From contig JAFPWN010000015.1 of the NCBI GenBank assembly GCA_017412765.1, positions 286 through 64,285 of the forward strand: 64,000 bases of DNA, written 5' to 3'. The notes under the pieces were generated by a model that saw nothing but the letters and a program-made list of their open reading frames with translations, had not been told where the DNA came from and ran no database searches. Made by a program: the position numbers and the translations under genes. Each line of letters starts with the position of its first letter. Positions within the stretch are counted from its first letter, which is position 1. Of the stretch, positions 23,552 to 33,416 are shown piece by piece. This stretch comes from Oscillospiraceae bacterium (lineage in GTDB: Bacteria > Bacillota > Clostridia > Oscillospirales > Oscillospiraceae).

Positions 23552-23696
23552 ACGCAGCAGAATGCAAAAAAGTGTCATTCCGAGCCGGTGCTCACACCGG
23601 CGTGGGAATCCGTAATACCCTTAATGCAGTGGGAAACGGATTGCCACGGCTCCTTGCGGAGCCTCGCAATGACACTCGACGAGCATTCTGCTGCGT
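23552..23696. terminator. Bidirectional terminator stem enclosing a 100-bp nested palindromic (REP-like) element
   Basis: Outer perfect 14-bp stem ACGCAGCAGAATGC (23552-65) / GCATTCTGCTGCGT (23683-96), flanked by an A-run and a T-run. Inside, 23574-23673 is an inverted pair of about 38-nt units (GTCATTCCGAG-CCGGTGctcaCACCGG-CGTGGGAATCCGT / ACGGATTGCCACG-GCTCCttgcGGAGC-CTCGCAATGAC). Lies between convergent genes. Confidence 0.7.
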
Positions 23697-23700
23697 CTTT

Positions 23701-24633
23701 TTATGCTCTTTCCCTGACAAAATTCGATGACTTCGGGAAGATGAAATTCACGCCCTTCGGTATGAGCTTCATCGTAACGTCCCTTGTGTACATCGCCTCT
23801 CCGTCGATATTGACGACAAACTCCTGCGGCGCGGTGACTCGCAGGCGCGTGCCGCCGATGTGCTTTATGAAGTCCGGGTGCTTGTAGTAAAGCCCGGTCG
23901 AGTAGTCGCCGAGAAGCGCCGCGAGCTGTATAAGATTCACCTTTTTGATGATAAGTATATCAAGCACGCCGTCGTCCACGACCGCCGTGCGCGTCGGATT
24001 GAAGCCGCCGCCGTAGTATTTGCCGTTGCAGCAGCAGGCGAGCGCGAATTTGCCGCTCATCTCGCCCTCCTCAGTCTCAAAGGTGAAATCGGAGTTTATG
24101 CCCTTAAAGATATTCGCTACGAGGCTCGGTATGTATCCGCCCTGTATTTTGCCCCACAAGGGATGCCCGGAATACTTGTGTACGTCCGTGCCGATGCGCG
24201 CGTCCACGCCGACCGAGGCGATGTCGAGGCACTTGCGCCCGTTTACGTCGATGAGGTCTATCGGGAACACAGCGCCGTCGATAAGCTCGTCGAGCGAGCG
24301 GAACAGCTCCGTATCGCCGTCGAAGCTCTTTATAAAGTCGTTGCCGGTGCCGCAGGGAAAATGCGTGACGGCGCAGTTGGAAAAGCCCGCCGCGCCGTGG
24401 GCGCACTCGGAAACAGTTCCGTCGCCGCCGCAGGCGTAGACCCTCAGTTCCTCGCCCTTCTGTGCCTCGCGTCTGACCTTTTCGGCGGCGTCCATCGGCG
24501 CGGTGGTGTAGTAGATCTCATATTCAGCGCCGCGAAGGATCATCTTCTCCTCAATGAGCGCCTTCACACCGGATTTCGACTCGTCTGAGCCCGCCTTGGG
24601 ATTGAGTATAAAGAGATGCTTCATCCTTTTCAC
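23701..24633 (-). CDS. Diacylglycerol/lipid kinase family protein (YegS/BmrU type)
   Basis: 310 aa with a GTG start: FILNPKAGS.., ..VYACGGDGTVSECAHG (GGDGT motif). Confidence 0.85.
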   Translation of the reverse strand: MKRMKHLFILNPKAGSDESKSGVKALIEEKMILRGAEYEIYYTTAPMDAAEKVRREAQKGEELRVYACGGDGTVSECAHGAAGFSNCAVTHFPCGTGNDFIKSFDGDTELFRSLDELIDGAVFPIDLIDVNGRKCLDIASVGVDARIGTDVHKYSGHPLWGKIQGGYIPSLVANIFKGINSDFTFETEEGEMSGKFALACCCNGKYYGGGFNPTRTAVVDDGVLDILIIKKVNLIQLAALLGDYSTGLYYKHPDFIKHIGGTRLRVTAPQEFVVNIDGEAMYTRDVTMKLIPKGVNFIFPKSSNFVRERA

Positions 24634-25742
24634 CCCTTAAAATAATACGCTCCGCATTTTATCATACCGTTATACAGCTTTCTGACCTTGTCGGCGCGTC
24701 TGCCGTAGTGATGCTCAAGCTCCTCGTCGCTCGTGATTATCGTGACCGACCAGCCCTCGAGCTTTTTCATCGCAAGTCCGAAGCCGTGCACAAGCTTGTG
24801 CGCCTCGCCTTTGTCGAGCATACGCTCGCCGTATGGCGGATTTGTGACGATTATGCCGCTCTCCGTTCTGCGCTGAAACCACGCCGCGTCGGCAACGGAA
24901 AAGTCGATGATATCCGCAACTCCCGCTCTTGCGGCGTTCTTGCGGCTTATCTCTATCGCCTCCGGGTCTATGTCAGAGGCGAAAATGCGGTACTCCCTGT
25001 TAAACTCCCGCGCCTTGGCCTCCTCGCGCGCCTCATTCCAGACGCGGTGATCAACAGCGTGCCAGTTCTCCGCTGAAAAAGCCCGGTTTATGCCCGGCGC
25101 GCGCCGCTTAGCGCTGAGCGCCGCCTCGATCGCTATCGTGCCGGAGCCGCAGAACGGATCGCAGAAGTCCTCTCTGCCGCGGTAGCCCGCCATATCCACG
25201 AGGGCTGCGGCGAGCGTTTCGCGCAGAGGCGCCTGCACCTGCGCCGGTCTGTATCCGCGTTTATGTAAACCGACTCCCGAGGTATCGAGGTAGAGGTAGA
25301 CCTCGTCCTTCATAATGGAAAACTGCACCTGGTACTCCTCTCCGCTCTCGGGGAGCCAGTTAAGAGAGTACTTCATGCCGAGGCGGGCGCTTATCGCCTT
25401 TTTAATGATGCGCTGGCAGTCCGGAACTGAGTGGAGCGCGGAATTCAGAGAGAATCCTTTTACCGGAAAACGCCCCGTTTTCGGGATAAAAGTCTCCCAT
25501 TTTGCCGCTTTTGTGCCCTCAAAAAGCTCGTCAAACGTAATAGCCTTGAAGTGTGCAAGCTCGATGAGTATCCTCTCGGAAAAGCGGGAGCATATATTTG
25601 CTTTCGCAAGACCAAGCTCGTCGCCCTCGAATCTCACCCTGCCGTTTTCGGCGGCGACGTTCTTAAAGCCGAGGTGCTTCAGCTCGTTCGCTGTCATTCC
25701 CTCGAGTCCGAAAAGCGTCGGCGCGCACATTTTTAAGAGCAT
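24630..25742 (-). CDS. THUMP-domain class I SAM-dependent RNA methyltransferase (RlmL/YpsC-like)
   Basis: 370 aa with DPFCGSGTIAIEAA and IVTNPPYGERM motifs. Confidence 0.85.
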   Translation of the reverse strand: MLLKMCAPTLFGLEGMTANELKHLGFKNVAAENGRVRFEGDELGLAKANICSRFSERILIELAHFKAITFDELFEGTKAAKWETFIPKTGRFPVKGFSLNSALHSVPDCQRIIKKAISARLGMKYSLNWLPESGEEYQVQFSIMKDEVYLYLDTSGVGLHKRGYRPAQVQAPLRETLAAALVDMAGYRGREDFCDPFCGSGTIAIEAALSAKRRAPGINRAFSAENWHAVDHRVWNEAREEAKAREFNREYRIFASDIDPEAIEISRKNAARAGVADIIDFSVADAAWFQRRTESGIIVTNPPYGERMLDKGEAHKLVHGFGLAMKKLEGWSVTIITSDEELEHHYGRRADKVRKLYNGMIKCGAYYFKG

Positions 25743-26380
25743 ATTATGTCACCCACTTCCTCCGGAGTCGCGGCGATCCGGTCGGCTCCGGCTCTCTCAA
25801 GCTCCGGTCTGTCGCCGTAGCCCCAGAGTATGCCGCAGGTGTCGATCTTCGCCATTTTGCCGCCCTCGATATCGTACTTTCTGTCGCCTATCATGAGGCA
25901 CTTCGACCTGTCGGTCACGCCTGCCTCATGGAGCGCGTGCTCGATTACGTCTATCTTATCGCTCAGCCCAAGCTCCGGTCTGCCGCCGGCGGCGTAGTCG
26001 AAATACTGCGCGATGTCGAAGTTATCGAGGATTATCCTCACGAACTTCTCAGGCTTTGACGAGGCGGTGAGAAGCTTAACTCCCGCAGCTTTCAGCCTTA
26101 TAAAAAGCTCGCGCAGACCGGGGTACAGCTCGCACTCGCGTATGCCGGTCGAGGAGTAGTACTCGCGGTAGCGCTTTACGGCTTCCGGTATTTTCTCCGG
26201 TTCAAGGCCGCAGAAACGCTCAAAGGAATATTCAATGCTCGGCCCCATGAACTGCCGCGTGTCAGTATCCGAAAACTCCATGCCAAAGTGTCTGAGCGCG
26301 TGGCGGAAGCCGTTTATAACGCCGGGGTCGGTTTTATTGATGGTGCCGTCCATATCAAAAAGGGCAACGGTGTATCTCAT
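25733..26380 (-). CDS. HAD-superfamily hydrolase (phosphoglycolate-phosphatase-like)
   Basis: 215 aa with ALFDMDGTINKTD (DxDGT) and ..MIGDRKYDIEGG. Confidence 0.8.
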   Translation of the reverse strand: MRYTVALFDMDGTINKTDPGVINGFRHALRHFGMEFSDTDTRQFMGPSIEYSFERFCGLEPEKIPEAVKRYREYYSSTGIRECELYPGLRELFIRLKAAGVKLLTASSKPEKFVRIILDNFDIAQYFDYAAGGRPELGLSDKIDVIEHALHEAGVTDRSKCLMIGDRKYDIEGGKMAKIDTCGILWGYGDRPELERAGADRIAATPEEVGDIICS

Positions 26381-26390
26381 ATCCTTATCC

Positions 26391-28871
26391 TCAAATCTTA
26401 GTCATAAAGGAGCCTGCCGTTTTCAGCATAAGCTTCCTTTCCTTGTCCCCGAACTGAACGCTGATCAGCGCATCGCCGGGCATCGGCGTTACCGCGAGAA
26501 CCGTGCCCTCGCCGAATGCCTTGTGCTTTACTCTGTCGCCGACGTCTATCGCCATAAGCGCCGGCGCCTTCGGCGCCTCGACTGTCTTTTTCGGCGCTTC
26601 AACCGGCTTTTTATACTGCCTGACCTCCGTTTTTCTTGCGCTCCAGCCGCCGTAGCCTGAGCTGTCGTCGGCGCGTCCGCCGCGCCTCTGCCAGGAATAC
26701 GCACCCTCGTCGGGGGTGTATCGCTCGCGGCGATGCCAGGAGTATGACGGCTCCTCCTCCGCCTCATCCCACGCGGAATAGCGGCGCGAACGCGTGTTCT
26801 CCGGCTTTTCGATGTGCTCCTCCGGTATCTCGTCCACGAAGCGCGATATCATATTCGCGCTCGTTTTGCCAAAGATCATTCGCTGCTTCGCGGCGATCAG
26901 AAACAGCTTTTCCTTTGCGCGGGTGAGCGCGACGTAGCAAAGCCGCCGCTCCTCCTCCATCTCCTCGCTGTCGCCGATCGAGCGCAGGGACGGGAAAATG
27001 CCGTCCTCCATGCCTACGATGAAAACGTAAGGAAATTCAAGTCCCTTCGCCGCGTGCATCGTCATCATGATCACGTTGTTATCCCCGCTCTCAACGCCGT
27101 CGAGGTCCGTGTAGAGCGCGATCTCATCGAGGAAGCCCGCGAGTGTCGGCGTTTCAGCTCCCTCCATATAGGCGATGATATTTGATTTCAGCTCCTTGAG
27201 GTTGTCGATCCGCGCGAGCGCCTCGTCGTTCGTGCCGAGCGATTCGAGATAGCCCGATTTATTGAGAAGCTCGTCGTAAAAATCGTCGAGCGGCATGCTT
27301 CCGGCGCTCTCGCGCAGCTCGTCGAGCAGCGCGGAGAATTTGAGGAGCTTTTTCGCCGGAGCCTTCAGCTCCGGATAGCGGTCGGCGTTTGCGATGACCG
27401 CAGAAATGCTCTTTGCCTCCACCGAGGCGATGGAGCGCACCGTCTCGATGGTCGCGGCGCCGATCCCGCGCGGCGGATTATTGATTATTCTCAGAAGTCT
27501 GAGGTCGTCTTCAGGGTTATGTATCGCGGCAAGGTAGCTTGTTATGTCCTTGATCTCGGCTCTGTCGAAGAATCGCATACCGCCCACGACCCTGTAGGGT
27601 ATGCCCTGCCTCTTGAACGCGTATTCAAGGCGGTTCGACTGCGCGTTCATGCGGTACAGAACGGCGCAGTCGCGGAAGTTCATGCCGCCGCTCACAGCCT
27701 CAAGTATGCGGTTTGCCACAAACTGCGCCTCGTCGTCCTCGTTTACGGCAACGTAGAGCTTCGGCTTATCGCCGTCGCCGGCGTTCGTCCACAGCTCCTT
27801 GCCCTTGCGCCCGAGGTTGTTGCGGATAACGGCGTTCGCCGCGCCGAGTATGTGCGCGGTCGAGCGGTAGTTCTGCTCGAGCTTTATCGTGCGTGCGCCG
27901 GGGTAGGATTTCTCAAACGAGAGTATGTTTTCGATCGTGGCGCCGCGGAATTTGTAGATTGACTGATCATCGTCGCCGACTACGCAGAGGTTATTGTACC
28001 CTCCTGCAAGGAGTGAAACGAGCTTATACTGCAAAATCGACGTATCCTGATACTCGTCTACGAGCACATAGCGGAAAAAGCGCTGATAGTACTCGCGCAC
28101 CTCGCGGTTCTCGCTGAGCAGGCGCACGGTGAGGAATATGAGATCGTCGAAATCGACGGCATTTGCCGCCTTGAGGCGCTTTTCATACTCAACATAGCAG
28201 CGGGCATAGTGGCGCTGCTTTGAGTCGAAGCTCTTTTCCGCGGCCGCGGCGAAGTCCTCGGCTGAGAGCATCTCGTCCTTGGCGCGGCTGATGACGGAGA
28301 GTATGAGCTTCGGCGGGAACATCTTCTCATCCAGCTCCAGCTCTTTTGTCACGCGCTTCATGACCGCCTGAGAATCCGATGAATCGTAAATTGTGAAGCT
28401 CTTGTCGTAGCCCAGGAGATCTATGTGCCGGCGCAGTATGCGCACGCAGCATGAATGGAAGGTCATCGCCCAGATATCCTGGCTCTCCTCGCCGAGGGCT
28501 GTGAGCAGTCGCGCCTTAAGCTCGTCAGCCGCCTTGTTTGTGAAGGTTATCGCAAGTATTCTCCACGGCTCGCAGGGCTCAACGCCGAGAAGGTCAGCCC
28601 CGGCTCTCCCGCTCTCAACAGCCTCAAGGTCAGCTTCCTCCGCCCAGTCGGGCACGTAGTCGCAGTCAGAACCTCTCCCGTAGCGTATGAGGTTCACTAT
28701 CCTGTTGATGAGCACCGTGGTCTTGCCGCTGCCGGCGCCGGCGAGCAGCAGAAGCGGCCCTTCCGTCGTAAGCACAGCCTCGCGCTGCATATCGTTAAGC
28801 CGCGAAAAGTCCGCCGCGATGGCGGCTCTGCGGGCTTTTATAAATCTTTCCTTGAATTCTTCTCTGTCCAT
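26391..28871 (-). CDS. pcrA: ATP-dependent DNA helicase PcrA/UvrD family
   Basis: 826 aa with LLLLAGAGSGKTTVL (Walker A), VDEYQDTS, and the Tudor-like C-terminal GDRVKHKAFGEGTVLAV. Confidence 0.9.
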   Translation of the reverse strand: MDREEFKERFIKARRAAIAADFSRLNDMQREAVLTTEGPLLLLAGAGSGKTTVLINRIVNLIRYGRGSDCDYVPDWAEEADLEAVESGRAGADLLGVEPCEPWRILAITFTNKAADELKARLLTALGEESQDIWAMTFHSCCVRILRRHIDLLGYDKSFTIYDSSDSQAVMKRVTKELELDEKMFPPKLILSVISRAKDEMLSAEDFAAAAEKSFDSKQRHYARCYVEYEKRLKAANAVDFDDLIFLTVRLLSENREVREYYQRFFRYVLVDEYQDTSILQYKLVSLLAGGYNNLCVVGDDDQSIYKFRGATIENILSFEKSYPGARTIKLEQNYRSTAHILGAANAVIRNNLGRKGKELWTNAGDGDKPKLYVAVNEDDEAQFVANRILEAVSGGMNFRDCAVLYRMNAQSNRLEYAFKRQGIPYRVVGGMRFFDRAEIKDITSYLAAIHNPEDDLRLLRIINNPPRGIGAATIETVRSIASVEAKSISAVIANADRYPELKAPAKKLLKFSALLDELRESAGSMPLDDFYDELLNKSGYLESLGTNDEALARIDNLKELKSNIIAYMEGAETPTLAGFLDEIALYTDLDGVESGDNNVIMMTMHAAKGLEFPYVFIVGMEDGIFPSLRSIGDSEEMEEERRLCYVALTRAKEKLFLIAAKQRMIFGKTSANMISRFVDEIPEEHIEKPENTRSRRYSAWDEAEEEPSYSWHRRERYTPDEGAYSWQRRGGRADDSSGYGGWSARKTEVRQYKKPVEAPKKTVEAPKAPALMAIDVGDRVKHKAFGEGTVLAVTPMPGDALISVQFGDKERKLMLKTAGSFMTKI

Positions 28872-28930
28872 GGCACCTATTCCCCTATTATGGTATTTTC
28901 AGTATATCACAAGTTTCCGCAAAAGGGAAT

Positions 28931-28964
28931 AAAAAATGAAGAAACCCCTTGTCGGGGTTTCTTC
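28931..28964 (-). terminator. Rho-independent terminator after the udg-MATE unit
   Basis: Plus strand AAAAAAtGAAGAAACCCCttgtcGGGGTTTCTTC: an 11-bp stem with a U-run on the minus transcript. Confidence 0.75.
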
Positions 28965-29094
28965 AATGAAAAAAAGAGGATAAAATGAAAAAGGTGAAAT
29001 TGTTGTTCACGGTTATTATATTATCCTCGAAGTTTTACGAAATAAACAGCAAAATATTACAGGAGTTTTAAAAAACAGATTTTTTTAAAAATAA

Positions 29095-29661
29095 TTACCG
29101 ATACGTCTCCGGCGCGACCTCCGTTATGAGCTTTTGGAGGTTTTTGAGATCTATGAACGTCTCGGGCCGCCTGCGCGGGTCGCGCAGAAGCGCCGCCGGG
29201 TGAAAGAGCGCCATATATTTTACTCCGTCCTTGTCAAACACAAGCCCGTGCTCCTGACTTATCCTGAAATCCGGCTTTATGAGCGCCATCGCGCTTATCC
29301 TGCCGAGGCATACTACGATCTTCGGCTTTATAATCTCCATCTGCTCGCGCAGCCAGCCCATGCACGCCTTCTGCTCCTCCGGCATCGGGTCGCGGTTTTT
29401 CGGCGGGCGGCACTTTACGATATTCGCAATATAAAAATTCTTCTCGCGCACGAGGTCAACGTAGGCGAGCATATCCGTAAGGAGCTGACCTCCGCGCCCT
29501 ACGAAGGGCTTTCCTGTCAGATCCTCGTTCTCGCCGGGTCCTTCACCGACGAACATAACGCTCGCATTTGGGTTGCCGTCGCCGAACACGAGATTCGTGC
29601 GCGTTTCCCACAGCGCGCATCTGCGGCACTGTGAGCATCTGTAATAAAGCTCGCTTATCAT
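29095..29661 (-). CDS. udg: Uracil-DNA glycosylase, family 4
   Basis: 188 aa with FVGEGPGENEDLTGKPFVGRGGQLL and ..HPAALLR, plus N-terminal Cys residues for the Fe-S cluster. Confidence 0.85.
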   Translation of the reverse strand: MISELYYRCSQCRRCALWETRTNLVFGDGNPNASVMFVGEGPGENEDLTGKPFVGRGGQLLTDMLAYVDLVREKNFYIANIVKCRPPKNRDPMPEEQKACMGWLREQMEIIKPKIVVCLGRISAMALIKPDFRISQEHGLVFDKDGVKYMALFHPAALLRDPRRRPETFIDLKNLQKLITEVAPETYR

Positions 29662-31151
29662 GCTTTGTTATCCACCTTTCTGAATCTCTCAGCCGCCATT
29701 CTCTTCCATCTGCCTGAGTGGTAGCGCAGGCTCATCAGCACCGTTCGCATAAGCTGATCGGACACGAGCGCGATCCACGCGCCCCAGATCCCCCACCTGA
29801 ACGCGCGCATAAAGAGAAGTCCGAGGCCGGAGCGTATCCCGAGCACCGTTATCGCGTACACGAGCGCGGTATAGCGAGTATCGCCGGCGCCGCGCAGACC
29901 TCCGGCAGTTATGAACTGCGCCGACTGGAAGGGTTGGGTCGCGGCGAGCATTATGAGCACCGGCGCGCCGGTGGCGATGACCGCGGGGGTCTTGTTGAAG
30001 ATCGAGATTATCTCATCATTCCAGAGTACCAGCGCGGCGCTCATGGCAAGGCTCGTGACTATTCCGAGGCGCTGCGTGCGGCTCATATATATCGCCGCCA
30101 TGTCGTAGCGCCGCTTGCCGAGCGATTGCCCCATCAGAGTTGTAGCGGCGTTCGCGAACGCCTGACCCATCATAAAGGTCATCGACTGTATGCTCATGAG
30201 TATGAGATGCGTTGAGTAGACGAGGTCGCCGAGTCCGGCGACGGTGCGGGTGTAGATAATGAGTCCCGCGCGCATGAAAAGCTGCTCTACCATGCTCGGA
30301 ACGCCTATCATCGCTACGTTGCCGATGAGCGTTTTATCAAATCTGAACCTCTCCCGGAAGTCAAAACGTATGTAGCTCGTCTTTCTCAGCACCACCGCCG
30401 CGGCGATGAGAGCGGCGACCGTCTGACCGATTATCGTAGCCCACGCCGCGCCCTCAACGCCCATTTCGGGGCAGCCGAGGCGGCCGTAGATCATGATATA
30501 GTTCATAATGAGGTTTACTACGTTTGCTATGGTGTTGTAGACAAGCGGTATCTTCGTGTCTCCGATGCCGCGCAGCGCCGCCGTAACCGTAAAGCCGAGG
30601 CATAGCGGCACGAAGCCGTACATCTGTATATTGAAATAGCGTATCCCGTCGCGCAGGGTCGCCTCGGTGATGTCGCCCGAGCCGCCCATAAAGGTTATGA
30701 GCCACTCGGCAAACGCAAGCCCCACTATCATAAAAAGCGCCGAGATCAGTATATTCAGCACGAGCGCCTGCCTGAAAACCTCGTTTGCCCGTTTTCTGTC
30801 CTGCTGACCGCGAAAGCGCGCGATGAGCGCCGTTGAGCCGACGCACATTGCCTGCACCATCGTCATAAGCAGGAACTTCGGCTGCGTCGCAAGTCCTACC
30901 GAGGCTATCGCCATAACGCCCGCGTCGCCGGGCAGAGCGCCGACCATCGCCTGATCCGCCATGCTCGTGAGCTGTGTGAGTATAAGCTCGATGAGGCTCG
31001 GCCACGCTATCATGACTATATCGCGGTAAAGGCGCCCCTCCGAAACGCTCTCCGGCGGCTTCCGACTGCGCACGGGGCCGTTTATCTCGTCGTCTGTCGG
31101 GTTTGCGTACGGGAGGTCGTCGATCGCTGTTGAAACCTGGGATCTATCCAT
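29658..31151 (-). CDS. MATE-family efflux transporter
   Basis: 497 aa with about 12 TM helices and a typical MATE N-terminus (IAWPSLIELILTQLTSMADQAMVG). Confidence 0.85.
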   Translation of the reverse strand: MDRSQVSTAIDDLPYANPTDDEINGPVRSRKPPESVSEGRLYRDIVMIAWPSLIELILTQLTSMADQAMVGALPGDAGVMAIASVGLATQPKFLLMTMVQAMCVGSTALIARFRGQQDRKRANEVFRQALVLNILISALFMIVGLAFAEWLITFMGGSGDITEATLRDGIRYFNIQMYGFVPLCLGFTVTAALRGIGDTKIPLVYNTIANVVNLIMNYIMIYGRLGCPEMGVEGAAWATIIGQTVAALIAAAVVLRKTSYIRFDFRERFRFDKTLIGNVAMIGVPSMVEQLFMRAGLIIYTRTVAGLGDLVYSTHLILMSIQSMTFMMGQAFANAATTLMGQSLGKRRYDMAAIYMSRTQRLGIVTSLAMSAALVLWNDEIISIFNKTPAVIATGAPVLIMLAATQPFQSAQFITAGGLRGAGDTRYTALVYAITVLGIRSGLGLLFMRAFRWGIWGAWIALVSDQLMRTVLMSLRYHSGRWKRMAAERFRKVDNKA

Positions 31152-31206
31152 TATTTCTTCCTTTTTTGTAATTTATTTTATTCTACTCTGCAAAAGGGAA
31201 AAATGC

Positions 31207-31237
31207 AATAAAAATCGGTCAGCCGAGGCTGACCGAT
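31207..31237 (-). terminator. Rho-independent terminator ending the ABC operon
   Basis: Minus strand ATCGGTCAGCC-tc-GGCTGACCGAT followed by TTTTATT, 7 nt after the stop at 31244. Confidence 0.75.
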
Positions 31238-31243
31238 AATTTA

Positions 31244-32350
31244 TTAACCGTAAAGCAGGCTTCTGCCCGTTTCCGGATCGAAAATGTGGATCCGCTTCTG
31301 CTCGGGAACGAGCGAGATCGGCGTTCCGGGCTTCGGAGGCTCGACGTCATCCTCGTCTATCTGAACGACCGCGACAACGTCCGCTCCGCCGATCTTCGCG
31401 TGTACGTTCAGCGTACTGCCCGTGAGCTCGCTGACGTCCGCCGCCGCGGATAACCCGCCGGGCTTCATTTCAAGATGCTCGGGGCGGATTCCGAAAGTTA
31501 CCTTTCCGCTCTTGGCGCCGTGAGCCTTGAGGCGCTCAAAGTGGTCGGCATTCAGCGCGATCTCCGCGCCGCCGACGGCAACAGAGGCGCTCTCCGCGCC
31601 CATTTTCAGCTCCGCGTCGAGGAAGTTCATCTGCGGCATTCCGATGAAGCCTGCGACGAAGGTATTTTCCGGTCTGTTGAATACCTCGCTCGGACTGCCG
31701 ACCTGCATGATGACTCCGTCGTGCATGATGACTATGCGGTCTCCGAGGGTCATAGCCTCGGTCTGATCGTGGGTAACGTAGATGAAGGTCGTGTTGATGC
31801 GCTCTCGGAGCTTAATAAGCTCGGTGCGCATCTGATTGCGCAGCTTGGCGTCGAGGTTGGAGAGCGGCTCGTCCATAAGGAAAACCTGCGGCTCCCGCAC
31901 GATGGCTCTGCCGATGGCGACGCGCTGGCGCTGACCGCCGGAGAGAGCCTTCGGCTTGCGCTTCAGAAGGTCGCGTATCTCGAGTATATCCGCCGCCTCC
32001 TCTACCCTGCGCTTTATCTCTGCGCGCGGGAAGTGGCGCATACGAAGCGGAAAGCCGATATTATCGAAAACAGACATGTGCGGATACAGCGCGTAGTTCT
32101 GGAACACCATCGAGATATCCCTGTCCTTCGGCTGCACGTTGTTTACCTTTTTACCGCCGATGAATATCTCGCCGCCGGAGATCTCCTCAAGCCCCGCGAC
32201 CATGCGGAGAGTTGTAGATTTCCCGCAGCCGGAGGGACCGACGAAAACGACGAATTCCTTATCCTTTATTTCAAGGTTGAAGTCCTTTACGGCCTCTACG
32301 CCGCTGTCCTTATAGATCTTCCAGACGTGCTTCAGTGTGACCTCAGCCAT
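31244..32350 (-). CDS. MalK/MsmX/UgpC-type ABC ATPase (sugar-importer class) with a C-terminal regulatory domain
   Basis: 368 aa with [44 protein letters not shown]. Overlaps the upstream gene by 8 nt. Confidence 0.9.
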   Translation of the reverse strand: MAEVTLKHVWKIYKDSGVEAVKDFNLEIKDKEFVVFVGPSGCGKSTTLRMVAGLEEISGGEIFIGGKKVNNVQPKDRDISMVFQNYALYPHMSVFDNIGFPLRMRHFPRAEIKRRVEEAADILEIRDLLKRKPKALSGGQRQRVAIGRAIVREPQVFLMDEPLSNLDAKLRNQMRTELIKLRERINTTFIYVTHDQTEAMTLGDRIVIMHDGVIMQVGSPSEVFNRPENTFVAGFIGMPQMNFLDAELKMGAESASVAVGGAEIALNADHFERLKAHGAKSGKVTFGIRPEHLEMKPGGLSAAADVSELTGSTLNVHAKIGGADVVAVVQIDEDDVEPPKPGTPISLVPEQKRIHIFDPETGRSLLYG

Positions 32351-33404
32351 TTTTTGCCTTCTTTCTCAATTTGCGTTCATATCGGCGCTCGCTTATCTTA
32401 TCGAGCGCGTCCGGTATCCCGGTCTTAAGCGCGTTTATTCCCGCCTTTATTCCGCGCACCGCCCAGTAAATTGCGAGCACTATCGGATAGATCGGAAGCA
32501 CAGCTGCCGGTATGAGCAGCAGCGCGAGCCGCGATTCGACGTTGCGAGCGGCATTCTCCCAATAGGGATAGACCACCGGCTCTGTCACCATGGTGCGCGT
32601 GAAGTAGCGCGAGAGAACGTCAAACTCCCTGAGCGGCGAAAACCTTGCGCTGTTCTCTACGACCGAGGCATCGGAAAAGCCCTCCGCGACGATGTTTTTC
32701 AGAAATCCGTCTATCGGGTCTGCGCCGACGAGCTCATAAGTCGTAATCTTCGACTCCTGCATCTCGTTGAGCGTATCGTAGTGCATATACATGACAGCTC
32801 CGTCGGAATACGCGCTCTTCGTCGCAAAATCGTCCTCGCGGCGCACGACGCCGACGATGCGGAACGGTCTGTCGTCGATTCTTACGTCCATTCCCTCGAG
32901 GTCGAAGCCGCCGAAAAGTCTCCACGCAAGCTCCTCATCGAGGATAACGCAGTCGTGAGCGAGATCGGACTCCGATATATAACTGCCGTCGCGCAGCCAG
33001 AGCGGATGGAAATAGAAGTAATCTCCGCCCACGCCGTAAACAGTGCAGCTCGCGGTCGCCTTATTGCCGGTCACCGAGATCGAGCCCTTCGCGGAGTAGC
33101 CGTCCTTATACAGACTGCCGACCTCCGGCTTCTCGATGCTCGCCTCGACGTATTTGCCGTCAAGCGTATTGCGGAAGGAATATACGCTCTCGAAGCTTAT
33201 CCCCCCGCCCATCGGAAAGAACGCGCTGACCTGAGCCGTAAGGCTCTCGCTCTCGCCCTTGAACGCCTCCGCCGCCTGCTGACTGCGGAGCATCGACGCA
33301 AGCGAGAGGTATCTCAGCACTGTCGCAGCGAAAAGGATAACGCAGAGCAGCGCTATCAGCACCGGGATCACGATTTTTCTGTTTTTTAACAGAAATGTTT
33401 TCAT
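32343..33404 (-). CDS. Membrane protein with a MacB-type periplasmic core domain but no FtsX TM bundle
   Basis: 353 aa. TM1 ([20 protein letters not shown]), then about 260 aa with a MacB_PCD-like pattern ([58 protein letters not shown]), one further TM ([24 protein letters not shown]) and a basic tail. Confidence 0.7.
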   Translation of the reverse strand: MKTFLLKNRKIVIPVLIALLCVILFAATVLRYLSLASMLRSQQAAEAFKGESESLTAQVSAFFPMGGGISFESVYSFRNTLDGKYVEASIEKPEVGSLYKDGYSAKGSISVTGNKATASCTVYGVGGDYFYFHPLWLRDGSYISESDLAHDCVILDEELAWRLFGGFDLEGMDVRIDDRPFRIVGVVRREDDFATKSAYSDGAVMYMHYDTLNEMQESKITTYELVGADPIDGFLKNIVAEGFSDASVVENSARFSPLREFDVLSRYFTRTMVTEPVVYPYWENAARNVESRLALLLIPAAVLPIYPIVLAIYWAVRGIKAGINALKTGIPDALDKISERRYERKLRKKAKNG

Positions 33405-33416
33405 AGAAAAGTTCCT

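Noticed and set aside
23543-23887. 114-aa ORF starting at the XRE gene stop
   Set aside because: Its first 50 codons are the translation of the nested palindromic repeat, and the rest is antisense to the lipid-kinase gene.
32337-33389. 350-aa plus-strand ORF
   Set aside because: Antisense to the MacB-PCD-like gene, which is translationally coupled to its neighbours. The plus ORF has no RBS or motif.
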